Assembly: GCA_014240385.1 (NCBI GenBank)
Contig: JAAZXA010000068.1
Location: 29,090 to 93,089, forward strand
Source: Methanobacteriota archaeon
Lineage (GTDB): Archaea > Thermoplasmatota > Poseidoniia > Poseidoniales > Poseidoniaceae
Length of the DNA: 64,000 nucleotides
Direction: 5' to 3'
Made by a program: the position numbers and the translations under genes. The notes under the pieces are model-generated. The model searched no databases. It was not told the origin of the DNA and saw only the letters and a program-made list of their open reading frames with translations. Numbering within the stretch: position 1 is the first letter of the stretch; each line of letters opens with the position of its first letter. Of this stretch, positions 42,564-51,234 are shown in pieces.

Positions 42564-43694
42564 ATGGCGAGTAATGACGATACGGCCAATCAGATGGGGG
42601 CGACTGCTGATTTTTCGTCAATATCGTCTGTCCTTTGTCCTGCATTCGAACAGCCGCCTGGGTGTGCCGTCTCCCTTGCCAAGCAACAAAACTTTGATTC
42701 TTTGTCAGTCGACTCTATGACTGGGAGGGCGTATTGCGGATCATGCGGCGTGGAATTCGTTGTTGACCGTTATCAGGTTAGTCATGAGCAGAAAAAGAGT
42801 GATGATGGGATAGAAACCTACGGATCTGTTCTCTCCAAGTCTGGGAAGCAACGGAATAGGGAACAATCCTTTGACCGCCTGGGCTATCTTTGTATTAGCA
42901 AGTTGGACTTATCTCAAAGTGTGTTGGCACAAGCTACCCGCTACCTGTACGATATGATGGAAGGTGGAGCCGCTAAAGGAGGTCGGGGTTTTCCCCAACT
43001 CGAAGTGGTTGCGGCTTATGTGGCAGGTAGAATGCATAATCAATCCCTTACTCTCGAACATGTTGTTAATATCCATCGAGATTGGATTACAGAAGAAGGG
43101 GAGTTCAAATCGATAAAGGCGGCATCTATGAAATCAGTTAATCGATTGCTGCAGAATATGACTAGGGAAAACATTCTGCCTTACCCCCGCCCTTCTGCAG
43201 ATGATATCATTGGTTCTAATTCGTGGTGCTTGGCTAATCTAGATGAAGTCATTATTCAGAATGCTAAGGAGTTGTCTAATTGCGGAGTCCAAGGTTCCCC
43301 CGATTCTATTGCTGCAGCATCGGTGATGGTGGCTGCGAAGAATAAGCGTGTTGTGAAACCCGGAGATGACTTATCGCGGCCACGAACACAAATGGCCGGA
43401 GAGGAAGATGGGCAGCGTTTAACGCTCGAAGTGATTGCCAAATTGTTTCCTGGCACTACTGCTAGAACTGTAAGGCGAAGAATGAAAGAGATTAGGGATG
43501 TTTTGGAACTTAGGCTACCTCTAACACGAGAGCAAGTAGAGGTTCTTGAAAATCCTGATCCCCGCAAGGTGCGTGTCCGTAATACTGTTGAGGAAGTATT
43601 CAGTCAATTGGATTCGGAATTGGAAGGAAAGATACCATTGACTTCTAAGGATGTAGCAATTCTACGAAAATTGAAAGATTCAAACAAGAGGTAA
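42564..43694 (+). CDS. tfb: transcription initiation factor TFB/TFIIB homologue
   Basis: N-terminal Cys cluster (CPAFEQPPGC...CGSCGVEF), two cyclin-like repeats (LEVVAAYVAGRMHNQSLTLEHVVNI), C-terminal BRE-recognition-helix-like TTARTVRRRMKEI; ATG 42564 (track ORF starts earlier inside repeat array). Confidence 0.65.
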   Translation: MASNDDTANQMGATADFSSISSVLCPAFEQPPGCAVSLAKQQNFDSLSVDSMTGRAYCGSCGVEFVVDRYQVSHEQKKSDDGIETYGSVLSKSGKQRNREQSFDRLGYLCISKLDLSQSVLAQATRYLYDMMEGGAAKGGRGFPQLEVVAAYVAGRMHNQSLTLEHVVNIHRDWITEEGEFKSIKAASMKSVNRLLQNMTRENILPYPRPSADDIIGSNSWCLANLDEVIIQNAKELSNCGVQGSPDSIAAASVMVAAKNKRVVKPGDDLSRPRTQMAGEEDGQRLTLEVIAKLFPGTTARTVRRRMKEIRDVLELRLPLTREQVEVLENPDPRKVRVRNTVEEVFSQLDSELEGKIPLTSKDVAILRKLKDSNKR

Positions 43695-44135
43695 TGTGAT
43701 TTCCCTTTTGGTTTTCTTGGAATCTTTTCTGTATTGCAACAGAACATAATGGATGTCTCTGCGATTGTAGCTTCCGTTTTCATCTGGTTCTGCGGACCAA
43801 CAGGCATACCTTAGTGAGCGGTTTTCTTCCTGCATTAGTTCCAACATGGTTTCAGGGCCAACGCTGTACACTTCCTTGACTTCTCTGAGAGATAATTGCT
43901 CATCTGGAACTAATCGCCAAAGTGTTCGTCTGTATTCTCCTGTTCCATCCTTTGTTCTTTCAACACCTGCTGGATCAAACCTTTCTGGGTATGATGAAAG
44001 GATCCCAGCAATTACTGATTTCCGTTCTTTACCCATTTTGTCTAGTATTCGGTCAAAAGGGAGAATTTCATCTTTGGACTCATGGAAGATTTTCTCAATC
44101 TTTGGGACAAGGCGGTTTTTTGCCTTCCTTGCCAT
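43680..44135 (-). CDS. hypothetical protein, 151 aa (possible wH regulator)
   Basis: ATG 44133-44135 preceded by GAGGGGGATGAGG SD-like purine tract; no ACCGCTC motif. Confidence 0.45.
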   Translation of the reverse strand: MARKAKNRLVPKIEKIFHESKDEILPFDRILDKMGKERKSVIAGILSSYPERFDPAGVERTKDGTGEYRRTLWRLVPDEQLSLREVKEVYSVGPETMLELMQEENRSLRYACWSAEPDENGSYNRRDIHYVLLQYRKDSKKTKREITLPLV

Positions 44136-44428
44136 CAGGCCTCATCCCCCTCGTCCTTCCTAAGTTGTGTGAGTTCTTGCACCAGCCGCCAGACTATGTC
44201 GTCCATTGTCTCGCCCCTGTTGCCGAGGCTATTCAAGATTTCATGCGTTCTTTGCTTAACATTGATGTGTTTCAACTTTGAGCCGTCTGCCGCAATGTTC
44301 CCCATGAGACCAACTGTGTGTATCTGTCGTATAAGCGACTCGGAGGGATTGGGATGGGATGTGAAAGGCTGTGATACTTGGGCAAGAGGGGAGAGAGTTT
44401 ATGCACCGTGCGCTGAAAGGCGCCCATA

Positions 44429-44635
44429 ATGAAAGCAGAAGATCCTCTAGTGCAAACCTTACTCAAGACCCTGATGGAGTTAGAAAAGGTGGATGAAAAA
44501 GACTTGAGACACATGATTGAAGTTGCTGGACAACTATGTACCCAACTCGAGCGGCCGGAGAGTATTGCGGCCTTGATGTTTCAGGTGATGGATGTTTCCA
44601 AAGCGGTTGATTCCTCGATTACTGGTTATGCCTGA
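44429..44635 (+). CDS. hypothetical protein, 68 aa
   Basis: track ORF; weak RBS; stop 34 nt before GT gene start. Confidence 0.3.
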   Translation: MKAEDPLVQTLLKTLMELEKVDEKDLRHMIEVAGQLCTQLERPESIAALMFQVMDVSKAVDSSITGYA

Positions 44636-44642
44636 ATCCTTC

Positions 44643-44655
44643 ATACGACTGAACA
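44643..44655 (+). promoter_or_regulatory. TATA-like box CATACGACTGAACA ending exactly 14 nt before ATG 44670
   Basis: member of ATAYGRCTGAACC-N14-ATG family (5 copies). Confidence 0.5.
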
Positions 44656-44669
44656 CCTTCGGCTCTCAC

Positions 44670-47111
44670 ATGAGAGTAGGTTTTCTCCTGTTAGGCAACG
44701 CCCCGTTTTACTTGACTGGGTATGGTACGCAATTGAAAATTCTAGGCGACAAATTAATTGAAGAGGGTTACCCTGTAGGTCATGTTGTTGACTTTGGATA
44801 TGCTGGACAACATATGGAATGGGAAGGGCGAACTGTTTACCCCCATGATAAGTTGCCAGGAACTCTGACTGCTGATACAATGAAATCGCACATCCTGTCT
44901 TTTCAACATAAACACGGTTTAGATCAAGTCGTTGTTTGGTCTTTGGGTGATACATGGAAATTGAGTAAGTTGAATCAAGCCATCAAGCACCCGTATTGGA
45001 TTTGCATGACTCCTGTTGATTCGGATAGGATGGATGGCGGTTCAATTACCGCTCACAATAATTCATGGTTGCAAGCCGCAATATCGAAACATGGTGTTGA
45101 AATTATGAGGGCTGCTGGATTAACTGGCATCAATTACCTCCCCCACATGGTCGGAGATTCCTTTGTGCCAATAAATCAAGAGTATGCTAGAGCCGCATGT
45201 GGTTTGCCTCAAGATCCCTTTGTCGTTGGTTTCTTTGGAGACATGAGTATGCGTAAATGCCCTCATGAGAATCTAGAGGCTTTTGCAATTTTCAAGCAGT
45301 CCGTACCGAACTCCCTCCTCTTCATCAAGACTAGTAACCATGTCCAACAGGTTCAATTCCATGAATTAATTCATAGGCTGGGTTTGCAGAATTCGGTTAT
45401 CACAATTCCCCCCTATGATTCCCTTCTAGGGCTAACGGATTATGAGATGGCACGAGCCCTCTCCAGTTTGGATGTGCTTCTTCATGTGAGTTCCCAAGAG
45501 GGTTTTGGAATCATACAAGTTGAAGCCCAAATGTGCGGAGTACCTGTTATCAACATGGATTTTGGTTCCCAAAGAGAGCTTCAAGGAAATCCCGAACTGT
45601 TGGTTCCTGTGGAACAGATGAATCGTGTTGATGGTGGAATGAAGGTTCCATTTGCGGCACCTGAGAAGATAGCGGAGAAGTTGATGTCTGTTTACAACCA
45701 TCTCAATAAAGTCAGCAGTCTTTCCGATGGTTTTATCGTCAAAAGGGCAATCGAACATGCAGAAACATACAGGGTTGATAAGGTGTGGGACGAGTATTAC
45801 AAGCCATTCCTCAAAGGGATGATTGGATCTATTGATGCGGTTTCTAGAGTTGTTATTCCCCCCCGTTCATTGAAGAAGGTGGGCATTGTTTCTACATTCG
45901 ATACTGAATGTGGAATTGCTACTTACACCCACATGCTTGCTACAAAATTGGTAGAGCAGGGAATGGAAGTTGTTGTCTTTTCGGAAACAGACGGTGAGTT
46001 TGAAGAAGTTCTTGAACATGAAGGTATTCGGCACCATCGATGTTGGAATCGAATGAATCCAAACACCAAATTATTCCGTGAACTTGTTGAGAGGGAGGGT
46101 TGCGATATTATCCACTTCCAGCACGAATGGCAGTTGTTCAAGAGTACGGGGTTGATTGAGGAACTTCGAGATGTACAAGTTAAGAAAGCCATCACATATC
46201 ATACCCCTCAGCCCGACCAAATGCGTAAATTGCTAAGGATTACTGATTCAACCGTTGATGCCCACATAACGCACTGGCCGGAGACTACCCAGTTGTTGCC
46301 AATGGTTTGTGAACATGGGATGTTGAATGGTGTCCAAACCATCAAACATGGTGTCCTTGAGCATTCACTTGTCCAGGACAAGTCTGTTCTGGGCATTCCT
46401 GAAAAGGTTCCAGTATTCTTCACCTTTGGTTTTGCTTCTTCAAGCAAGGGGTTGGATTATTTCATTGATGCGGCCATCCAAGCTTCTAAGAATCCAAATT
46501 GCCGGTACTTCGAAGTTGTAATTGCAATGTCCTATCATCCCGATTGGGATATGAGCGACTTGGCGAAGGAGATTAGAGCGAAGGCTGGTTCTGTTGATTT
46601 CATTACGCTTATTGAAGGATGGATGGATGATGATTCACTTGATGTTCATGCGGCTGCTAGTGACTACCTTGTTTTCCCCTACCGTTGGTACCAACAGATC
46701 CATAGTGCGTCTGGCGCAGTTAGACGCGTTTTGGGTCATGGTAAGCCCGTCTTGGTTACAGATGAGGGAAGGCTTCGAGATTTGACTGGAGGCGTACACG
46801 GTTGGAAGTTCGGCCAATACGATGTAGATGGCTTCGCTGCTGCTATTGTTGATGCGTCTTCATTACTTGGCAGTCCTCGGTATCAAAAGATGGCCCAAGC
46901 GGTCAAGGATTACTCTTCTTTGACCTCGTGGGATAATATTGCTGCGCAACACATTCAACTTTACGATAAGGTCTGTGGCTTGTGGTCGGTGGTTCCAGAG
47001 GGTATGTCACGAGCCCAAAGAGTTGAGATTGATTTACCATTCCCAGAATTACTTGATTCGGATGTTCAAGTGGATCGTTGGCATTTGCATAGGGGTGACG
47101 AAGAAGAATGA
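44670..47111 (+). CDS. two-domain glycosyltransferase (GT-B / GT4-like in both halves)
   Basis: EGFGIIQVEAQMCGVPVI (E-x7-E GT4 signature) in first half, SASGAVRRVLGHGKPVLVTDEG in second; 813 aa from ATG 44670. Confidence 0.6.
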   Translation: MRVGFLLLGNAPFYLTGYGTQLKILGDKLIEEGYPVGHVVDFGYAGQHMEWEGRTVYPHDKLPGTLTADTMKSHILSFQHKHGLDQVVVWSLGDTWKLSKLNQAIKHPYWICMTPVDSDRMDGGSITAHNNSWLQAAISKHGVEIMRAAGLTGINYLPHMVGDSFVPINQEYARAACGLPQDPFVVGFFGDMSMRKCPHENLEAFAIFKQSVPNSLLFIKTSNHVQQVQFHELIHRLGLQNSVITIPPYDSLLGLTDYEMARALSSLDVLLHVSSQEGFGIIQVEAQMCGVPVINMDFGSQRELQGNPELLVPVEQMNRVDGGMKVPFAAPEKIAEKLMSVYNHLNKVSSLSDGFIVKRAIEHAETYRVDKVWDEYYKPFLKGMIGSIDAVSRVVIPPRSLKKVGIVSTFDTECGIATYTHMLATKLVEQGMEVVVFSETDGEFEEVLEHEGIRHHRCWNRMNPNTKLFRELVEREGCDIIHFQHEWQLFKSTGLIEELRDVQVKKAITYHTPQPDQMRKLLRITDSTVDAHITHWPETTQLLPMVCEHGMLNGVQTIKHGVLEHSLVQDKSVLGIPEKVPVFFTFGFASSSKGLDYFIDAAIQASKNPNCRYFEVVIAMSYHPDWDMSDLAKEIRAKAGSVDFITLIEGWMDDDSLDVHAAASDYLVFPYRWYQQIHSASGAVRRVLGHGKPVLVTDEGRLRDLTGGVHGWKFGQYDVDGFAAAIVDASSLLGSPRYQKMAQAVKDYSSLTSWDNIAAQHIQLYDKVCGLWSVVPEGMSRAQRVEIDLPFPELLDSDVQVDRWHLHRGDEEE

Positions 47112-47335
47112 CTGAATGGAAGAAGGAAGATGTTGGCAAGGAAACTCCCGTTTTTATCGAGGGAGTGAAGGTGATTGATATGATTGTTGAAGTAATGTTG
47201 CCAGATGGGCAGGTTATTATTGGGCCTCAATTGGCGTGTGCTCATATTTTTGCTCGTTATTCAATGGTTCCTGCAATGGAGATGGTTAGCGAAGCTACAC
47301 AGAAAACAATTGAAAGCATGGAGGGGGATGCATGA
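47108..47335 (+). CDS. hypothetical protein, 75 aa
   Basis: ATG overlaps upstream stop (ATGA); purine-rich upstream. Confidence 0.35.
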   Translation: MTEWKKEDVGKETPVFIEGVKVIDMIVEVMLPDGQVIIGPQLACAHIFARYSMVPAMEMVSEATQKTIESMEGDA

Positions 47336-47418
47336 CGCCAGGAGTGGTATACAAGTGTGTGAAATGTGGTGTTTGGAGTATGGGTACTCACAAATGCGTT
47401 CAAGAGGAGGAAGAGTAG

Positions 47419-48177
47419 ATGTTATCCGTAATCTGTTGTACTGCCCGTCAAGAGGCAGGTATCAAAGAGATGTTGAAGAGTTTGGAAAAGCAGACGCATA
47501 CTGATTTCGAGTTTGTTTTGGTTGATAAGGCATGGGAATCTCGCAACGGGGCTTTCATCCTGATGCTGGATAATTCGTCGGTTAATTGCAAATACATCAA
47601 AGACGAATCCAAACATGGATTTGTTTCGATTGCCTCTGCTCGGAACCTAGCAGTTGAGTCCTCCGATGGAGATTGGATCGTTTCAGTTGATGATAGGACG
47701 CTGTTCTACCCCGATACCTTGGAACTACATGCGCAAGCATTTGAGGAAGGTTGGGATGGTATGGCGGGTTTTTCTGATTTCCACCACGAAGGCGTTTTTG
47801 CTGAGAAAGAACCAGACAAAGAGGATGAGAGGGGAGATAACCCCCAGTCAGGACATGGGAAATATGCATCAAGTAATTTCTTTGGCTATCACATGGGGTT
47901 CTCGAAGAAGGCTTGGGCTAAGGTCCGGGGTTTCGATGAGAACTATGATGGTGTTTACGGGTGGGAAGATTGTGATTTTGGTTTGAGGCTCGGTAATGCG
48001 GGAGCGGTTGTGAAATTGGGAACCCAATGTCGTGTGCTGCAGATTCGAGACGCTGCACATGGCGAGGTTTTCCAGAAGGATGATGCGCCACATGCAATTA
48101 CTGGAGGTCACATCAGATGGCGTAATGACCGAATGTATAGGCTCACATTAATGAACAGGGGCAGGTGCAGGTGGTAA
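47419..48177 (+). CDS. glycosyltransferase family 2-like protein
   Basis: LSVICCTARQEAGIKEMLKSLEKQTHTDFEFVLVD pattern; GAGGAGGA SD 47404-47411; 252 aa. Confidence 0.5.
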   Translation: MLSVICCTARQEAGIKEMLKSLEKQTHTDFEFVLVDKAWESRNGAFILMLDNSSVNCKYIKDESKHGFVSIASARNLAVESSDGDWIVSVDDRTLFYPDTLELHAQAFEEGWDGMAGFSDFHHEGVFAEKEPDKEDERGDNPQSGHGKYASSNFFGYHMGFSKKAWAKVRGFDENYDGVYGWEDCDFGLRLGNAGAVVKLGTQCRVLQIRDAAHGEVFQKDDAPHAITGGHIRWRNDRMYRLTLMNRGRCRW

Positions 48178-48178
48178 T

Positions 48179-48313
48179 ATGAAAACAAATGGACGCAGAT
48201 ATCGCAGATTAATGGCGGCTTGGAAGAAGAATAGAAGAGGGCGTTCGAAGCCTGTAGCTTCTAAGCGTCAAGGCCGTCCGGTAAGCAAGAAGAGAACCCC
48301 TCGGAGGAGATGA
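48179..48313 (+). CDS. extremely basic 44-aa peptide (not in ORF track)
   Basis: MKTNGRRYRRLMAAWKKNRRGRSKPVASKRQGRPVSKKRTPRRR; AGGTGG upstream; start overlaps upstream stop (TAATATG), stop overlaps next start. Confidence 0.35.
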   Translation: MKTNGRRYRRLMAAWKKNRRGRSKPVASKRQGRPVSKKRTPRRR

Positions 48314-48314
48314 A

Positions 48315-48950
48315 ATGGTTGATGGTCTTCTGCAGCATGATGAATATTCTGATGTTTGTCCAATCTGCAAGGAAATTGTCACCGAAGAAGAATGGCCTGT
48401 GCCGATTTCGAGAATGGAAGAACGGACAGGGCAGAAGTTTCCCCCTTGCGTAGTATGTGGTTCTGATGAAGACATCCATTACAATTACCTGACTATGCCT
48501 CAGAAGGATGGAAGAGGATTCAATCACAATCTTTTGCTGTGGTGCGAATCCTGCGGAAGTGGTACGCAACATGATGGGTTTGATGTATTGACAGGTAAGC
48601 CCAAGATCGCCCTGCGATTACCGAATGAGTTTTCCAATGATTCGATGGAGAAGGCGAAGGAACGGCTTGAAGCGGCTTTGGCCGCAGGTGAACAGGATGA
48701 AGAACTCGCCCAGGAGATCCAAGCAATGTTAGTCATGCGTGGTTTTTTCCGAGTCCACCATTACCCTTGCTTAGATGATGGTTGGGATGCGATGGGGCAT
48801 GGAGTCCGACCACTAGAAAGAAACGAGATTATGAAGAGGTTCTATGAATGGTCTAATGATGAGGCCATAGGTGTGGCCGAACTGTCTGACAATCCTTTGA
48901 CGAAGAATAAATCTCCTAGGACTCGAAAGCGTGGGAAGCGTTGGTGGTAA
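48315..48950 (+). CDS. Zn-finger protein, 211 aa
   Basis: GGAGGAG SD 48303-48309; CPICKEI...CVVCGSD...CESCGSG. Confidence 0.55.
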   Translation: MVDGLLQHDEYSDVCPICKEIVTEEEWPVPISRMEERTGQKFPPCVVCGSDEDIHYNYLTMPQKDGRGFNHNLLLWCESCGSGTQHDGFDVLTGKPKIALRLPNEFSNDSMEKAKERLEAALAAGEQDEELAQEIQAMLVMRGFFRVHHYPCLDDGWDAMGHGVRPLERNEIMKRFYEWSNDEAIGVAELSDNPLTKNKSPRTRKRGKRWW

Positions 48951-48960
48951 CGAACTGATT

Positions 48961-48973
48961 ATATGACTGAACC
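48961..48973 (+). promoter_or_regulatory. TATA-like box ATATGACTGAACC, 14 nt before ATG 48988
   Basis: ATAYGRCTGAACC-N14-ATG family. Confidence 0.5.
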
Positions 48974-48987
48974 ACTTGAACCAAATC

Positions 48988-49146
48988 ATGCGAGACCCAA
49001 CCTACAAAATCGCCCTAGTCTTTGAAGATGCAGAAGGAAACAATGTTACTCTGGCAACAGATGTACCTGAGAACCAAGTCGGATTGGCACATGCTTCAAT
49101 GTTGAAGCTTGCTGCTGGACTCAAAGGCAAGAGCGACGACGAGTGA
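48988..49146 (+). CDS. hypothetical protein, 52 aa (not in ORF track)
   Basis: MRDPTYKIALVFEDAEGNNVTLATDVPENQVGLAHASMLKLAAGLKGKSDDE; start defined by N14 box. Confidence 0.35.
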   Translation: MRDPTYKIALVFEDAEGNNVTLATDVPENQVGLAHASMLKLAAGLKGKSDDE

Positions 49147-49189
49147 TTAAAAGCGTAAATGCTAAGGGGCAGAGCCTCTTCGCCTGTTC

Positions 49190-49729
49190 ATGCTCAGCCA
49201 ACCGCATTCTGCTGTAAATCACATGAATTACAGTATTCTTGGTTCACATACTGTTCAAGATGCGGCCAATAATGCGAAGAATAATTTCTCTCCTTCGCAG
49301 AGATCTAGACATGCTCGAACCGCATATCAGAATAATCATCAGAATCTAATGCAACCGGCTATTGCTAACAATCCTCATCTTGCAGATGTTTTGAGAGGTT
49401 CTCAAGATCCAATGGGCGCCTCTTGGAATACTGGCGCTTTTCTCATCGCCGCAGGCGTGGGTGGGTTATTGTCGGTGGTGTCGTCGTCGAAGGACTTGAA
49501 GAGTTTTGGGAAATCGAAGAAGACACAAAGGAGAAACATTACCATTGGTACTATGATTGCTGCTTGTGGGCTGCTTGCAGTTGGATATTCGAAGAATTCT
49601 GAATTAATTCCCGCAGGTATCGGACTTCTTTCTGGCAATGTGGTTGGCAACAACTTGTGGTCTATCGGCTCCCGCGATTCTGGATTCGACTTTACGCCTT
49701 CGAAGTCCCTATTTGAGTTGGACTACTAG
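49190..49729 (+). CDS. Gly-rich membrane protein, 179 aa (alternative start 49223)
   Basis: track ORF; AACCGC 19 nt upstream of ATG 49223; TM segments. Confidence 0.45.
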   Translation: MLSQPHSAVNHMNYSILGSHTVQDAANNAKNNFSPSQRSRHARTAYQNNHQNLMQPAIANNPHLADVLRGSQDPMGASWNTGAFLIAAGVGGLLSVVSSSKDLKSFGKSKKTQRRNITIGTMIAACGLLAVGYSKNSELIPAGIGLLSGNVVGNNLWSIGSRDSGFDFTPSKSLFELDY

Positions 49730-49742
49730 ATGGGAATGGTTC

Positions 49743-49755
49743 AAACGGCTGAACC
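49743..49755 (+). promoter_or_regulatory. TATA-like box CAAACGGCTGAACC, 14 nt before ATG 49770
   Basis: ATAYGRCTGAACC-N14-ATG family. Confidence 0.5.
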
Positions 49756-49769
49756 GGCTGGCATTGTCT

Positions 49770-50195
49770 ATGTCGGCAGAAGATGACTCGCACACATTAC
49801 GCATCTTTGGGTTACTTTTCGTAAACTCATTTCTGATTGGTGCGGCAGTTGGGATCCACCAGCAGGGGCTTTGGTTCCCTGAAGAAAGTAATTGGGCTAA
49901 GATTGCAGGCCTCTATATGATGAGTGCTACATTTATTCAAATGGTTGCATTTATGATTTACAAATTGTTCTTCCAGGAGCGACTTGAAGATCAATCGTAT
50001 ATTCAAGGGCTTCATTCCTCTATGCGTCGTAGTATGAAGAAAATTAATGCGGAGACTCAACAATTCCAAGTGGGTCTCGAATTGGAAGCTAAGAGAGCCC
50101 AACAGCAGAAGCAGATGCAATTGCTACGAAATAAGGTCATGGAAGATGATGATGAGTCTGGCCTTAGCGAGAAGATGATGATTGAACTTCGGTGA
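49770..50195 (+). CDS. membrane + coiled-coil protein, 141 aa
   Basis: MSAEDDSHTLRIFGLLFVNSFLIGAAVG...; start fixed by N14 box (track ORF 49638 over-extended). Confidence 0.5.
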   Translation: MSAEDDSHTLRIFGLLFVNSFLIGAAVGIHQQGLWFPEESNWAKIAGLYMMSATFIQMVAFMIYKLFFQERLEDQSYIQGLHSSMRRSMKKINAETQQFQVGLELEAKRAQQQKQMQLLRNKVMEDDDESGLSEKMMIELR

Positions 50196-50204
50196 GGCTA
50201 CCTT

Positions 50205-50414
50205 ATGCGAGGGCTTCTTTTTCCAAGTGAATCTGCTCATCAAGCAGAGATAATGGCTGAGGCTTTTGCCAATAAATCGATATGGGACATGCGATGGTAC
50301 AAATTCAAACTTTGGTTCTACACTAGCGTAACTGCTTTCATCTTCATGTTCTTTACATCCCTTATTGAATGGTTCTTTGATTTCAGTCTTTTCAAGTGGA
50401 TGTTCGGGCTGTAG
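50205..50414 (+). CDS. small membrane protein, 69 aa
   Basis: GGTGAGG upstream; hydrophobic C-terminal half. Confidence 0.4.
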   Translation: MRGLLFPSESAHQAEIMAEAFANKSIWDMRWYKFKLWFYTSVTAFIFMFFTSLIEWFFDFSLFKWMFGL

Positions 50415-50419
50415 GTTTC

Positions 50420-50432
50420 ATACGGCTGAACC
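50420..50432 (+). promoter_or_regulatory. TATA-like box CATACGGCTGAACC, 14 nt before ATG 50447
   Basis: ATAYGRCTGAACC-N14-ATG family. Confidence 0.5.
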
Positions 50433-50446
50433 GTCTCACATTGTCC

Positions 50447-51211
50447 ATGACGCTAAGCGGATTCATTGCAATGCCTCGAAAACCGGGGAAAACAAAGATT
50501 GGGCAGATCCTCAAGAATATTGGATTCAAGGATAAGGGAGCAGCAGGAAATATGTGGGTCTTTGGTAAGACTCGGTTCCGTGTAGATGTGGTTGATTTTA
50601 GGGATGATTTGAGAGATCATGACGCTGAATGGGTTGAAGAAGTTGGATGGGATGATAATTGGGCCGTCCGTATTGCTGTCAATCATTCTAACAGAACAGA
50701 TGAAAATTACATCTTGTGGCATTCGATTCTAGTCATAGCCGCTGAGTGCTTAGGCGTTAGAGAAATTTGGTTAGATGGCGGCACAGGCATTCCACAGCAA
50801 CCGTACACACTTCGAGAGTTGTTTCCTGAATTGAAATCTGATGAAGGAGAAGACTTGATTGAAGAATCCGAAGCCGCCCCTGTTCTAGTCGACAAGGCAG
50901 AAGTCTTGGAGCTTCCAGATATTGAAACACCTGCTGAGCCTGTTTTGGTTCCATCTGAGCCTGAGCCTGAGCCTGAGCCTGAACCTGTGCCTGAGCCTCA
51001 AACAGAATCGTCCGAAGAGGATTACGATTCCTGGGGATGGGATGAGGATGAGGATGAGGATGAGGATGAGGATGAGGATGAGGACGATTCATGGAATGAG
51101 GATGAGGATGAGGATGAGGATGAGGATGAGGACGAGGATGAATCCGAAGAAGAGAATGAATCCGAAGAGAATGAATCCGAAGAAGGTGTTGATGTAATCA
51201 CTGAATGGTGA
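50447..51211 (+). CDS. acidic tandem-repeat protein, 254 aa
   Basis: (PE)n then (DE)n low-complexity runs encoded by GAGCCT and GAGGAT hexanucleotide repeats at 50953-51180. Confidence 0.55.
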   Translation: MTLSGFIAMPRKPGKTKIGQILKNIGFKDKGAAGNMWVFGKTRFRVDVVDFRDDLRDHDAEWVEEVGWDDNWAVRIAVNHSNRTDENYILWHSILVIAAECLGVREIWLDGGTGIPQQPYTLRELFPELKSDEGEDLIEESEAAPVLVDKAEVLELPDIETPAEPVLVPSEPEPEPEPEPVPEPQTESSEEDYDSWGWDEDEDEDEDEDEDEDDSWNEDEDEDEDEDEDEDESEEENESEENESEEGVDVITEW

Positions 51212-51234
51212 GTTCTTTGGTTGAAGGGGGTGCA

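Noticed and set aside
45040-45060. ACCGCTCAC inside the glycosyltransferase gene
   Set aside because: It is in-frame coding sequence on the plus strand, with no stop-start junction nearby. Likely coincidence.
2073-51197. Plus-strand ORFs from the track lying inside the minus-strand block, and minus-strand ORFs inside plus-strand genes (e.g. 2073..2279, 2566..2850, 5174..5956, 11290..11775, 15443..16225, 24031..24654, 48261..48572, 50757..51092, 50922..51197)
   Set aside because: They are antisense shadows of motif-defined or domain-bearing genes. They lack the start motif, an SD or a -27 box, and several are low-complexity mirror images of repeat-encoded tracts.
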